64,000 nucleotides of DNA from Polyangiaceae bacterium (GTDB lineage Bacteria; Myxococcota_A; Polyangia; Polyangiales; Polyangiaceae). Under the pieces are notes generated by a model. It saw nothing but the letters and a program-made list of their open reading frames with translations, was not told where the DNA came from and made no database searches. This document shows, piece after piece, positions 39,366 through 49,558 of this stretch. The stretch lies in NCBI GenBank assembly GCA_044376115.1, contig JBILLK010000022.1, forward strand, positions 1-64,000. Reading direction: 5' to 3'. Within the stretch, counting starts at the first letter, position 1; each line of letters starts with the position of its first letter. The position numbers and the translations under genes are program-made.

Positions 39366-41711
39366 CTAGTACGCGAAGCGGACGAGGAAGAACTGCGGCT
39401 CCATCAAGCTCTGCAGCGTTCCATCCAGATCAATGTCCTCATCGGCGCGCACCGCTCCCAGCATGACGTTGCCGGGCGCTGCGGCGACGACGAGTTCATT
39501 GGCCAGCGGCGCGCGGGACCAGCGCGTCCCGGAAACTTCACGCAACGCGAACATGAGCCCGGTGCTTTGCCCGCCATACGGGTCGAGCTCGCCCAACCCG
39601 AAGTCTACGGCCGGCACATCGATGCGCGTGTGGAGCACGCCCTCCGCACCGACCACCGCGAACGAGGACGCAGGCAGCTCCGCCCCAGGCACGGCGTCGA
39701 CCGACAGGATCGAGCCGTCGCCAGTGTCGAAGCGCAGCAGACGCGTCGGCTCGACCACCGCCAGCACCCCGTTGACGATGCGCGCTTCGAGCACGCGCGA
39801 CGATGGTAACGGTCGTGTAACCCACACCAAGGTACCTGCGGAGTCGTAGCGCGCGAGCACGAGGTCCGACGATGACCCCGGCAATAACGGCAGCGGATCG
39901 ATACCCCAGTCGATGAGTACGTTGGTGGTGAACGCCAGAATGACGCCGTCGTCGTCGGTCGCGGCGATGGCAACCTCATCGAGATCGAGCTCGAGATCCA
40001 GATCCCACTCGAGCGAGCCAAACAGATCGTACTTCAAGAGGTGCGCGAGCGCCGTCCCGTTGGCGTAGAACACGGACCCCTGCTCCGACATCGAGATCGA
40101 GTGAAGCGCACTCTGTGTCTCAGCGACCGAGTGACGCGGAATCGACACGGCGAAGTAGGGAAAACCGTAGGCGTCGACCGAATACAGAATGCGGTAGGCA
40201 GACTGCGGCCAGCTCCAGGTCGCTCCGCCAAAGGCGCTCGTCGCTCCGGCCTCGGTTGGTGCCGTCAAAGCGAAGTCCCCGTTGGGCGAGACGTGCAAGT
40301 TGTAGGTCTGGCTGAAGCCTGCCTCAGGGAGCACGCTGCCGGTGACCTCAACGCCCCACAAGAAATCTCCGTTGGGTAGGTAACGCGAGAACAATGCCGA
40401 GGGGATGAGCGGCGACGGGACGGGCTCGAAGTCCGGGTAGAGTTCCTCCTCCTCGCGCACCATCAAGGCGTAGGCGTTGCCCTGCGCGTCTGCGCCGAGC
40501 TCGCGAGGCAGCGCGATTAGCGGCTTGCGGAACGCCGACTCGCCGTAGTCGAGCACGCAGTTCTCACTCTCGAGCGACAGTTCGTACTCGAGCGAGCAGA
40601 AGCAACCCGAGCTCGGCTCGTTGACTGCACCGTCACAGTTCTCATCGAGCGCCGTCAGACAATCGTCATCGATCGGCAGCACTTCATCGACGCACGGTCC
40701 CCACTGGCCGGTCGCCGTACAGGTGCGCATGCCAGCGCGGCAAGTCCCAACGTTGAGCGTAAATTCCGGACCGGTGTAACAAAGCTCGCTCGTCTGCGGC
40801 GTACACTCGCAACCAGCGTCTTCCTCGTTGACCTCCCCATCGCAGTCGTCATCGAGCGGCGTCGCACAGTTCTCGGCCGAGGGAACGACGTCCCCGACGC
40901 ACGCGCCGAAACCATCACCCGAGGCCGCACAGGTCTGCTCGCCAAAGCTGCAAATACCGACTCCTACCGTAGCGGCGGGCCCCGAGTAACAAGCTTGGGT
41001 GTCGCCCGCTGAGCAGCTGCATCCGGCATCAGCCTCGTTGCTGTTGCCGTCGCAGTCATCGTCGAACGGCGTTGCGCAATCCTCACGCGCCGGCCCGATA
41101 TCGAGCTCACACGGGCCGAAGGCACCACCTTCAGGTAGGCAGGCTTGATTGCCGGCAACGCAAATGCCAACGCCCTCGGTGCCCTGCGGCCCCGAGTAAC
41201 AGGCGACGACGTCGCCCGCGCTGCATACGCAAACCTCGGCCTGGTTGACCTGACCGTCGCAGTCGTCATCGCTGGCGTTGGTACAGTCTTCGGCGCCCGG
41301 AACGACTTCACCTTGGCAGGCATCGAAACCAAGCCCGTCCTCGCGACACCACTGTGCGCCGCCCTTGCAGACGCCGATGCCCAACGAGGACGGCGGGCCG
41401 CTGTAGCACTTGCGAAAGGTGCCCGGCACGCAGGCGCAGTCCTCGTTGACCTCACCGTCGCAGTCGTCATCGAGCGCGGTTCCGCAGTCCTCAGCGCTGG
41501 GAAGAATTTGACTCTGACAGGCTGAGTAACTGCTGCCGTCGGCCGAGCACGTACGAACCCCCGCGCGGCACGCCCCGACGCCCTCGGTGCCCTCCGGCCC
41601 CGTGTAGCAAAGCTCCTGTTCGAGCGGCTCGCAGTTGGTCGCGGGCGCGCTGTCATCCCCGCAGCCTGCGAGCAGCAGCGCCGCAACGACACCGCGCCGC
41701 GCCCAGCTCAT
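39366..41711 (-). CDS. Lipoprotein with 5 CY(S/T)GP..DDDCDG Cys-rich repeats and a beta-propeller-like C-terminus
   Basis: Lipobox LAGC; ~70-aa repeats CYxGP...G.C..G..C...C.G.V.P..E.C....DDDCDG..NE. Confidence 0.78.
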   Translation of the reverse strand: MSWARRGVVAALLLAGCGDDSAPATNCEPLEQELCYTGPEGTEGVGACRAGVRTCSADGSSYSACQSQILPSAEDCGTALDDDCDGEVNEDCACVPGTFRKCYSGPPSSLGIGVCKGGAQWCREDGLGFDACQGEVVPGAEDCTNASDDDCDGQVNQAEVCVCSAGDVVACYSGPQGTEGVGICVAGNQACLPEGGAFGPCELDIGPAREDCATPFDDDCDGNSNEADAGCSCSAGDTQACYSGPAATVGVGICSFGEQTCAASGDGFGACVGDVVPSAENCATPLDDDCDGEVNEEDAGCECTPQTSELCYTGPEFTLNVGTCRAGMRTCTATGQWGPCVDEVLPIDDDCLTALDENCDGAVNEPSSGCFCSLEYELSLESENCVLDYGESAFRKPLIALPRELGADAQGNAYALMVREEEELYPDFEPVPSPLIPSALFSRYLPNGDFLWGVEVTGSVLPEAGFSQTYNLHVSPNGDFALTAPTEAGATSAFGGATWSWPQSAYRILYSVDAYGFPYFAVSIPRHSVAETQSALHSISMSEQGSVFYANGTALAHLLKYDLFGSLEWDLDLELDLDEVAIAATDDDGVILAFTTNVLIDWGIDPLPLLPGSSSDLVLARYDSAGTLVWVTRPLPSSRVLEARIVNGVLAVVEPTRLLRFDTGDGSILSVDAVPGAELPASSFAVVGAEGVLHTRIDVPAVDFGLGELDPYGGQSTGLMFALREVSGTRWSRAPLANELVVAAAPGNVMLGAVRADEDIDLDGTLQSLMEPQFFLVRFAY

Positions 41712-42400
41712 GACGCCCCGAGTACCCGGACAGCGCTCTCGTCAGCAACGAACACGGCGGTGGCCATGCCGAAAAAGAACCCTGTATCGACCACGCCGGG
41801 AAGCGCGCGAACCGCTTGGTCCAGCGCTCGTGCGTCTTGCCAGCCGCCGGGCGCGCTGAACAGATCGAGGACCAGATTGCCGTTGTCGGTGAGCACGGCC
41901 TCGCCGTTCGCGGCCTTGCGTAAGCGAGCCTCGGCGCAAAGCCGCGCTGCTGCACGACTCACCGTCGGTAACGCAAAAGGAACGACCTCCACCGGCAACG
42001 GCGAGCGCTCGCCGAGCCGCGCCACCAGCTTCTCTGGCGTCACCAGCACGAAGAACCGTTTTGCGTCAGCAGCGACCACTCGCTCGCGCAGCATGGCGCC
42101 ACCGAGACCCTTGGTCAGCGCGAGATCGCCGCTGACCTCGTCGGCACCGTCAAACGCGGTGTCCAGCGGAACGCTCTCCGAAAGCGGCTCCACCGTGATC
42201 CCAACCTCGCGCGCGAGCTTGGCCGAGCGTTCACTCGTCGCCACCGCGACAACCTGCAGGCCTGCTCTCACACGCTCACCCAAGTTGTGGATGAACGCTT
42301 CGGCAGCGCGCCCTGTTCCGAGGCCGAGGCGCATACCGCTCTCTACCTCTTGCAACGCTCGTTTTGCTACTCGGTCGAGAGCGGGGTTTCGGTCGGTCAT
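41708..42400 (-). CDS. rpiA: Ribose-5-phosphate isomerase A
   Basis: GLGTG, DGADEV, KGLGGA, TDNGN, PGVVDTG. Confidence 0.93.
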   Translation of the reverse strand: MTDRNPALDRVAKRALQEVESGMRLGLGTGRAAEAFIHNLGERVRAGLQVVAVATSERSAKLAREVGITVEPLSESVPLDTAFDGADEVSGDLALTKGLGGAMLRERVVAADAKRFFVLVTPEKLVARLGERSPLPVEVVPFALPTVSRAAARLCAEARLRKAANGEAVLTDNGNLVLDLFSAPGGWQDARALDQAVRALPGVVDTGFFFGMATAVFVADESAVRVLGAS

Positions 42401-42822
42401 GGGGAGGGCTCACGCAGCTCGAGGTGCTGCTCAAGGATGGCTCGAATGTCTGCAGGAAGATCGATCGAAGTAACGGTGATCAGGTTGGTCGAGACGACGG
42501 TGTGCAGCACCTGGGCACACAGGCGCGAGTCCGCAGCGTTCATCAGCTCATAACGAACCACGGCGCTCCTCTTACCGATACGGGCGGCGGTGGTGCGCAC
42601 GGCCAGCGTGTCGCCGTAACGAACCGGCGATTTGAACGACATCTTCACGTCCACCGCTGGCAGGCCGATCTCCCGCTTGGTGATCAGCGCGCTGTAACCC
42701 CCTTCGAGGCCATCGAAGAAGTACTCCATGGCCTCGTGCGCAATATTGAGAAAGCGCGCAAAGAAAAGGATGCGCGCGGCATCCACCTCTTCGAAGCGAA
42801 CCTTGCGTTCGTAGACGATCAC
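42397..42822 (-). CDS. Hotdog-fold acyl-CoA thioesterase (4HBT/YbgC-like)
   Basis: VRFEEVDAARILFFARF...FKSPVRYGD. Confidence 0.85.
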   Translation of the reverse strand: MIVYERKVRFEEVDAARILFFARFLNIAHEAMEYFFDGLEGGYSALITKREIGLPAVDVKMSFKSPVRYGDTLAVRTTAARIGKRSAVVRYELMNAADSRLCAQVLHTVVSTNLITVTSIDLPADIRAILEQHLELREPSP

Positions 42823-43409
42823 GAACTGGGCGCCGCTAGGTCTTCCCGCAGCTGGGCTACGACCGCGGGGCCAAACACGACCTCGACCGGGTAGGCCGGG
42901 TGCTGGCAAACCAACTTTGCCTCGACCGTGGGGCGCGCCAACGCCGCGACCGCCTCCGCCGACAAGTCGAACTTGAAGTAGTGAACCGCAGTCGTCCGCG
43001 CGATGCCCTCGACCGAGCGGTCTTTGGCCTGCCCTTGGCTGACGTGACCGTCGAAAACCAACGCGAGCTTTTCTTCGAGCCCGGCGAGCTTTTCGAGCAT
43101 GCTCTCGCGAGCCTCTTTCTCGGCGATCTCGATGGTCAGCGTGAGCGAGAGCTGATTCGGCCCCGGGATCAGGTCATTGTAGGTCTCGATCTCGTGAGCG
43201 ATCGCCGACTCTTGCGTGATGCGTTCAGTGCGGACCATCTCCTGAATTTGGAGCAGCACGCTGTCTCGGTTCTCGAAGATCGCCGTCATGATGCCGCCCA
43301 ACGCGACTCGGCGCGACTTCTTGAGCTGGATCACGCGGCTGCGGAAATGCGGCCGAATCTCCTCGTATGCGGCGATACCCAGAACTTCGTTCCTTGCGAT
43401 CGGCAACAT
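42819..43409 (-). CDS. DUF3501 family protein
   Basis: FENRDSVLLQIQEMVRTE, IETYNDLIP, AVHYFKF; context with rubrerythrin. Confidence 0.85.
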   Translation of the reverse strand: MLPIARNEVLGIAAYEEIRPHFRSRVIQLKKSRRVALGGIMTAIFENRDSVLLQIQEMVRTERITQESAIAHEIETYNDLIPGPNQLSLTLTIEIAEKEARESMLEKLAGLEEKLALVFDGHVSQGQAKDRSVEGIARTTAVHYFKFDLSAEAVAALARPTVEAKLVCQHPAYPVEVVFGPAVVAQLREDLAAPSS

Positions 43410-43444
43410 GGTTGTGGCTCCTTACTCCGGCGAGGCCGGCTTGA

Positions 43445-44860
43445 TCATTCGACGGATGCTTCGACGACGGTCACGCCCGAAGTACCGACGGCATCCATGA
43501 GGCCGTACGCCTCGGCGACCGCCTCGATCGGGTGGACGACGCGCACTGGAGGTCGCAGGCCGTTCTTGATCTCGAAGTCGATGCGCAGCGCGGACAAGGT
43601 GCAGTCCGTCACGATCAGATCCGGCTCGAGCTCACTGACCCCACGGATCAGCTTCTGGGCGTATTTACGGCCGGTGGCGTAGTTCTTCGCCTTCATGCCC
43701 CAGGTCCCGTCGACGGCGCTGCACTCCTCGACCGAGCGCACATCCGTGCCCTCCACCTTGGACAGGAGACGCTGCCCGGGGTAGCCGATCTTTTGGGCTT
43801 TGAGGTGGCAAGCCACGTGATAGGCGACGGTGCCAAGGCCCTTCGTGAATTGCAGTTTGAGCTGCTTCTTCTTGCCGAGGTCCACGAGGAATTCCATCAA
43901 GTCCATGGTGGCGGCCGCTACTTTGCGTGCGGCGGCGGTGGGCACGTACTCAGGCCACTCGCGCTTCATGGTGTAACCGCAAGTAGGGCTGGGCACGATG
44001 ATCTTCAAGCCTGCCTCGACCTGCGGCAGCAACAACGCGACGTTGTGTTCAACCTTCTTTACGAAGGCGTTCACATCACCACCGTCGAGGTTGGGCATGC
44101 CGCAGCACGTGGCGGCGGCCAGTGCGTCCCCTGGCGTGCTCTCTCCTGGAAGCAGCACACTGAAGCCATTGTGCTCGAGCACGCGAACGGCTGCGGCTGG
44201 CACAGAAGGCGCGTTGAACTCGCCGTAACACGTGGTGAACAGCACGACCTGCTGATCGAGCTTGGGTCGCTCCTCGGCTTGGTGCTTCTCGATCCAGGTG
44301 GAGAAACGCTCTTTCGCCATCGGCGGGATGGGGAACTCCGAGCTGATGCCGAGCACCTTTTCCTGCGTCTTGCGCACCAAGCGGTTGCGGTGGACGAAGT
44401 TGGTCAGCGGTGCAAATACGCCCGCTCCGAGCGCTCCCACGAGCTGCGGCTCACCGAGAACGCGGTCCACCACCGGGACGCCCTCACGCCGCGAAAGCAC
44501 AGCCTTGGTGCGCGCCATCAGGCGCGGGAAATCGAGCAGCTCGGTGGCGTCGTCGTCCTTGGTGTACGGACACTTGACGAAACACAGCTTGCACTGCCAG
44601 CACTCATCCATCACCGCGCGGAAGTCCTGAGCATCGAGCGCCTCTGCGCCTTCTGCGCGGGCTTTGTCGATGTCGCGGTCGATGCGCTGGAACAGCTCCG
44701 GGAACGACTTGCAGTAGCCGACGCACATGCGGCACTCGTGACAGATCTGAAACGTCCGCGTCAGCTCCTGCTCCAAATCCCGCTCGTCGAAGTAACGCGG
44801 GTCCGAAGGAGAGGTCGCTGGGGGCGTGGCCGGTGTTCTCGCGATCTTGCTCATCTGCAC
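43445..44860 (-). CDS. GlpC-like Fe-S oxidoreductase (rubrerythrin-associated)
   Basis: CHECRMCVGYC, CWQCKLCFVKCP, CCG domain, CHLKAQ. Confidence 0.88.
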   Translation of the reverse strand: MQMSKIARTPATPPATSPSDPRYFDERDLEQELTRTFQICHECRMCVGYCKSFPELFQRIDRDIDKARAEGAEALDAQDFRAVMDECWQCKLCFVKCPYTKDDDATELLDFPRLMARTKAVLSRREGVPVVDRVLGEPQLVGALGAGVFAPLTNFVHRNRLVRKTQEKVLGISSEFPIPPMAKERFSTWIEKHQAEERPKLDQQVVLFTTCYGEFNAPSVPAAAVRVLEHNGFSVLLPGESTPGDALAAATCCGMPNLDGGDVNAFVKKVEHNVALLLPQVEAGLKIIVPSPTCGYTMKREWPEYVPTAAARKVAAATMDLMEFLVDLGKKKQLKLQFTKGLGTVAYHVACHLKAQKIGYPGQRLLSKVEGTDVRSVEECSAVDGTWGMKAKNYATGRKYAQKLIRGVSELEPDLIVTDCTLSALRIDFEIKNGLRPPVRVVHPIEAVAEAYGLMDAVGTSGVTVVEASVE

Positions 44861-44872
44861 TGCCGTCGGGTC

Positions 44873-44911
44873 AAAACGAAAAAGCGGGGCCTCTCCGAAT
44901 AGAGAGACCCC
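44873..44911 (-). terminator. Intrinsic terminator downstream of rubrerythrin
   Basis: Minus strand GGGGTCTCTC-TATTCG-GAGAGGCCCC followed by GCTTTTTCGTTTT. Confidence 0.7.
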
Positions 44912-44921
44912 TCACGTGAGC

Positions 44922-45344
44922 TCAGAAATCGAGCCCTTCGAGCGCCTTCTGGAAACGACCAGCGTGCGACTTCTCAGCCTTCGCGAGCGTCTCGAACCAC
45001 TCGGCGACGTCGTCGAAGCCCTCCTCGCGAGCCTGCTTGGCCATGCTCGGGTACATCGTCTCGTACTCGTGCGTCTCGCCAGCGACCGAGGCCTTCAGGT
45101 TCTTCTCGGTGGTGCCGATCGGAAGGCCCGTTGCCGGATCTCCAGCCTGACGCAGGTAGTCGAGATGACCGTGCGCGTGGCCGGTCTCGCCGTCAGCCGT
45201 GTCCTTGAAGAGACCAGCCACCTCGGGTCGGCCTTCCACGTCAGCGACCTTGGCGAAGTACATGTAGCGCCGGTTCGCTTGGCTCTCTCCAGCGAATGCC
45301 GCCTTCAAATTCTCGTGCGTCTTCGTGCCTAGAAGCTTTGCCAT
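44922..45344 (-). CDS. Rubrerythrin lacking a rubredoxin domain
   Basis: [34 protein letters not shown] di-iron motifs; no C-terminal CxxC pairs. Confidence 0.93.
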   Translation of the reverse strand: MAKLLGTKTHENLKAAFAGESQANRRYMYFAKVADVEGRPEVAGLFKDTADGETGHAHGHLDYLRQAGDPATGLPIGTTEKNLKASVAGETHEYETMYPSMAKQAREEGFDDVAEWFETLAKAEKSHAGRFQKALEGLDF

Positions 45345-45587
45345 CGTTCCATCCTCTGTTGGTTGGTGAAGCGGGTGCTTTCGTCTGGGGCCGGACGTGA
45401 TTCGCAGAAGCGACCCGCCTTGCACCGACGCCCGCTGGTGTAGACGGTCTCCCACCCCGGCTCAACGTGTCTTTACGGTCCGCCTGACCCATCGCCCTCG
45501 GCATGTGGGTGACGCGAGCACACGTGCGCGCCGTAAATTCGATGCGCAAAGAGGACAGTCGCTTGCAGGTTCGCTAACATCCGAGCG

Positions 45588-47261
45588 ATGCGCGCTTCAA
45601 TCTTCGCCACCGTTTTAGCGACCCTCGCGGTCACGGCGTGCAAGTCCCCCATTCGCTGCTTCGACGATACTTGCGACGGCAACGGAGGATCGGATGGGCA
45701 AGGCGCGTCGAGCTCGACCAACGGTGGCGGCGGTGAGAGCGCGGGGGTTGGGGCCAGCGGTGGCGGTGGCGAGGGAGTTGGCGGCGCTGCCACGGTCTGC
45801 GGCGATGGCAAGGCGGAGGGCGACGAGGCCTGCGATACGCTCGATTTCGGCGCCTTGAGCTGCGCCGCATTGGGCTTGCCTCCGCAAGGTCTTTTGACCT
45901 GCACCGGCACCTGCTCGATCCTGGCCGATACGTGCTTCACCCTGTGCGGCAACGGGATCCTGGATCCCGGTGAAGTGTGCGACGGAGCCGCGCTCAACGA
46001 CCAGACCTGCCCCAGCGTATTGCCGGCGTCCCCGGGCGGTACGCTCGGTTGTGCTGCCAACTGCGCGTCCTTCGCCACCGACGCCTGCGAGGCGCCGGTT
46101 GGTTGTGGCAACGGCACGCTGGACGCTGGCGAGCCTTGCGACGCTGCGAATCTCAATGACCAGACCTGCGCTTCGCAAGGCTTCGCCGCTGGTACGCTGA
46201 GCTGCGCGCCGAACTGTGCGTTCAACTACGCGCAATGCAGCACCTGCGGCAACGACGCGCTCAACTCGGGCGAGCAATGCGACGGCACAGCGCTCGGCGG
46301 TCAGAACTGCAACTCTCTCGGGTACGGCGGCGGCTCACTCGCTTGCAGCGGCGCCTGCACCTTCGACGTTTCGAGTTGCACGCCCTGCGGCAACGGCGTC
46401 GTGAACGGCGGAGAGGCTTGCGACGGTGGGGACTTCGCAGGGAAGACCTGCGCGACCTACGGCTACTCGGTCGGGTCGCTCGGCTGCGACACGAGCTGCG
46501 CCGTAGTGACGAGCGGCTGCACCAACTGCGGCGACGGTCAAATCCAGGCGGGCGAGGCCTGTGACGGCGGGAATCTCAATGGCTCATCGTGCACGTCGAT
46601 CGGGTTTGATGGCGGTGGCAACCTGGCCTGCAACGGCAACTGCACCTTCAACGCCGCAGGCTGTTCCACCGTCTCGTGCGGCGATGGAGACGTCGAAGCA
46701 CCCGAGCAGTGCGACGGCGGCAACCTCGCTGGGCAAAGCTGCCAAAGCCTTGGGTTTGCCCAGGGCACGCTGAGTTGCAACAACTGCGCGTTCAACACGG
46801 CTGGCTGCTCGCTGTGCGGCAACGGCGTCGTCAACGGGGGCGAGCAATGCGACGGAGGCAACCTCAACGGCTACGGCTGCAACAGCCTCGGCTACACCGC
46901 AGGAAGCTTGCAGTGCAACGGGGGCTGCGGCTTTGACGTCAGCGCCTGTTCAACCTGCGGTGACGGCGTTGTCGGGCCAGGCGAGCAATGCGACAACGGC
47001 GACCTCGCCGGGCAAAGCTGCAACTCGCTGGGCTTCGTCTCCGGCAGTCTCTCGTGCAACAGCAATTGCACGTTCAACGCGGGTGGCTGCAGTAACTGCG
47101 GCAACGGCGTGATTGACGCGGGCGAGTCCTGCGACGGAGGAGACTTCGGCGGGTACGATTGCAGCTCCTACGGCTACAGCTATGGCTCGCTCGATTGCAT
47201 CGGCTGCATCACGCAGACGTACAATTGTTACTACTGGGGTTGCGACCCGTACTGCTTCTGA
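45588..47261 (+). CDS. Cys-rich lipoprotein with 10 CGNG..E.CD modules
   Basis: Lipobox VTAC; ~49-aa repeat CG(N/D)G....GE.CDG..L....C...G...G.L.C...C.F....C. Confidence 0.8.
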   Translation: MRASIFATVLATLAVTACKSPIRCFDDTCDGNGGSDGQGASSSTNGGGGESAGVGASGGGGEGVGGAATVCGDGKAEGDEACDTLDFGALSCAALGLPPQGLLTCTGTCSILADTCFTLCGNGILDPGEVCDGAALNDQTCPSVLPASPGGTLGCAANCASFATDACEAPVGCGNGTLDAGEPCDAANLNDQTCASQGFAAGTLSCAPNCAFNYAQCSTCGNDALNSGEQCDGTALGGQNCNSLGYGGGSLACSGACTFDVSSCTPCGNGVVNGGEACDGGDFAGKTCATYGYSVGSLGCDTSCAVVTSGCTNCGDGQIQAGEACDGGNLNGSSCTSIGFDGGGNLACNGNCTFNAAGCSTVSCGDGDVEAPEQCDGGNLAGQSCQSLGFAQGTLSCNNCAFNTAGCSLCGNGVVNGGEQCDGGNLNGYGCNSLGYTAGSLQCNGGCGFDVSACSTCGDGVVGPGEQCDNGDLAGQSCNSLGFVSGSLSCNSNCTFNAGGCSNCGNGVIDAGESCDGGDFGGYDCSSYGYSYGSLDCIGCITQTYNCYYWGCDPYCF

Positions 47262-48190
47262 TGAAGGGAGTCGCACGGCTGACGGTGGTTGTGTTGGCAG
47301 GGCTGCTTTCGGCCTGCACCAACCCGGTGCGCTGTTTTGACGAGTCGTGCAGCACGGGCGGCGCGCCCACGGGTGGTGCGAGCGCGGGTGGAGCGGGTGG
47401 AGCAGGCGGCGAGGGTGCCGGTGGCGACGGAGCGGGTGGCATGGGTGGCGCGCCTCAGCCGGTGACCTGCGGCGACGGGCTGGCCGAAGCGGCAGAACTC
47501 TGCGATGGCAGTGACTTCAAATTGGCGAGTTGCGTCTCGCTCAACTTGCCGCCGGGCAAGTTGGTTTGCGATGGGCAGTGTGTGCCCGATGCAGGCTTTT
47601 GCAGGGGCTCTTGCACCGGCGCCGCGGTGGACGCAGGCGAGGTCTGTGACGGGATGAACGGGTTGAGCGACTGCACCACCGTGCTCGGCGTAGGCTTCAG
47701 CGGCGCGTTGGGCTGTTCACCGCTTTGCCTAGCCGTGGACACCTCCGCCTGCGTGCTGATGGCCGACTCCTGCGGCAACATGGCGGTGGACGCCCCCGAG
47801 CTATGCGACGGCTCGGTGGGGGCCGAGAGCTGCGAGACGTTGGGGTTCGAAGGTGGGGAGCTCGCCTGCGGAGCCAACTGCACCTGGGACGTGAGCGACT
47901 GCCACCGCTGTGGAGATGGTGAGCTGAACCCCGGTGAGCCTTGCGACGGCGCGGCGCTTGGTGCGACCACCTGCAGCACGCTTGGCTTCGTTGGCGGTGA
48001 GCTCGGTTGCTTGGCCGATTGCACCTTTGATACCAGCGGCTGCGACGGCTGCGGAAACGGGGTGCTCAACAGCGGAGAAGAGTGCGACGCTGATGCGTTT
48101 GGCGGGCTCACCTGCGGTGACTTTGGTTTTGCTGGAGGTGAGCTGAACTGCAGTGAAAGCTGCGTTCTTTCTACCTCTGGATGTTTTTAG
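47261..48190 (+). CDS. Cys-rich lipoprotein with 5 modules, paralog of the upstream gene
   Basis: Lipobox LSAC; shares the N-terminal CxxP(I/V)RCFDxxC with the upstream protein; TGATG overlap. Confidence 0.78.
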   Translation: MKGVARLTVVVLAGLLSACTNPVRCFDESCSTGGAPTGGASAGGAGGAGGEGAGGDGAGGMGGAPQPVTCGDGLAEAAELCDGSDFKLASCVSLNLPPGKLVCDGQCVPDAGFCRGSCTGAAVDAGEVCDGMNGLSDCTTVLGVGFSGALGCSPLCLAVDTSACVLMADSCGNMAVDAPELCDGSVGAESCETLGFEGGELACGANCTWDVSDCHRCGDGELNPGEPCDGAALGATTCSTLGFVGGELGCLADCTFDTSGCDGCGNGVLNSGEECDADAFGGLTCGDFGFAGGELNCSESCVLSTSGCF

Positions 48191-48264
48191 GAACCGGCGC
48201 TTGCACAAGTTATGAAGCTCGGCTAGGTTCCGCCCCCCGTTCTAGAAGGAGTCTTTGGTTTCAC

Positions 48265-48486
48265 ATGCCGAGCGAAGCGATTCAATGCAAACCCCTCGAA
48301 GTCAGCGTCGGTGACAAAGGCATCGAGCGCGCGATCAAGCACCTAAAGCGGAAGATGGCCGCAGAGGGGATCCTGCGTGAGCTGAAGAGGCGTCGGCACT
48401 ACATGAAGCCCTCGGTCAAGCGCCGGAAGAAGGCCTCGGAGGCCGCTCGTCGTCGTCGCAAGCGCTCCAAGATCGAGATGATTTGA
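48265..48486 (+). CDS. rpsU: 30S ribosomal protein S21
   Basis: IERAIKHLKRK...GILRELKRRRHYMKPSVKRRKK. Confidence 0.92.
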   Translation: MPSEAIQCKPLEVSVGDKGIERAIKHLKRKMAAEGILRELKRRRHYMKPSVKRRKKASEAARRRRKRSKIEMI

Positions 48487-48509
48487 GATAGCCGCTGGCT
48501 CGTGAGCTC

Positions 48510-49532
48510 TTGCGAGACCATCAGAGCCAGCAGCCAAAGCGGGTCGTAGTTCTTACGACGTCGTTTCCCCGAAGCCCGGATGATCCATCCGGGCATTTCG
48601 TTCTTTCGGATGTACGACGTCGACTTCGCGCATGTGATTGCACCGTGCGCGTGCTGGCTCCGGGGCCCGCCGCCGTAACCAACCCCGAGCCTCGGTTGGT
48701 GGTTGAGCGGCTTGGTGGTGAGCAGGCCTTCGGCTGGCCAGGAGTGCTCGCACGGTTGCGCGAGCGGCCTAGCCGCGCCTTGCAGGTCGCCGCGTTCTTG
48801 GCTCGCGTGCGTAGGCGACTTCACGCGTGCCCCGCCGAGCTCGTGGTCGCGCATTGGTTTTGGCCGTGCGGCCTCTTGGCGCTCGAACAGGCGCGAGCGA
48901 GCGAACTTTGGGCCCACGGCAGCGACGTGCGGCTGATGCTCCGGCGACCCCAGCTGCTTGCGGCCTTTGCTTCGCTCGCCGTTCGTCGTCCGGCGCGGCT
49001 GGTGTTCGTCGCCGAGCATCTGCGGGCCGCCTTCTTGCGGGCGCTGACGCCTGCGCTGCGGGCCCGCCTGGAGCCGCAGACGGCGGTGGAAGCACCGCCG
49101 ATCGAGCTGCCGGACAGTGGCGGTCATCCCGCCCTCGTGAGCGAGCTTCCAAAGGGCCCTTTCATCGCCTGGGTGGGCCGGCTGATCGCGAGCAAAGATC
49201 CCGAGTTGGCGCTGCGAGTCGCTCGAGGAGCCGGCCTGCCGCTGGTGGTGGTGGGAGACGGGCCGCTCTCGTTACCAGCCCAAGCGGGGGTGCTTCAGCT
49301 AGGGCTCCGGCCCCGCGGCCAAGCGCTCGAGGTGATTCGACGCAGCCGCCTGCTGCTCTCTACGTCGCGGGAGGAAGGCCTTTCAACGGTGATTCGCGAG
49401 GCGTTGGCTGCGGAGCGCCCGGTGGTTGCGCTGCGTTGCCCCTCCCTCCCCTACCATCCGCTGGTGCACGCCTGTGAAAGCGAACGCGAAATGATCACCA
49501 CGGTGCAGATTATCGCTCAGCAAACCGGCTGA
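48510..49532 (+). CDS. GT4-family glycosyltransferase
   Basis: TTSFPR, AHW, HGSD, VGRL...K, EEGLSTVIREALA (Ex7E). Confidence 0.85.
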   Translation: MRDHQSQQPKRVVVLTTSFPRSPDDPSGHFVLSDVRRRLRACDCTVRVLAPGPAAVTNPEPRLVVERLGGEQAFGWPGVLARLRERPSRALQVAAFLARVRRRLHACPAELVVAHWFWPCGLLALEQARASELWAHGSDVRLMLRRPQLLAAFASLAVRRPARLVFVAEHLRAAFLRALTPALRARLEPQTAVEAPPIELPDSGGHPALVSELPKGPFIAWVGRLIASKDPELALRVARGAGLPLVVVGDGPLSLPAQAGVLQLGLRPRGQALEVIRRSRLLLSTSREEGLSTVIREALAAERPVVALRCPSLPYHPLVHACESEREMITTVQIIAQQTG

Positions 49533-49558
49533 ATGCACCGCTTGCTCCATTGCGCTCC

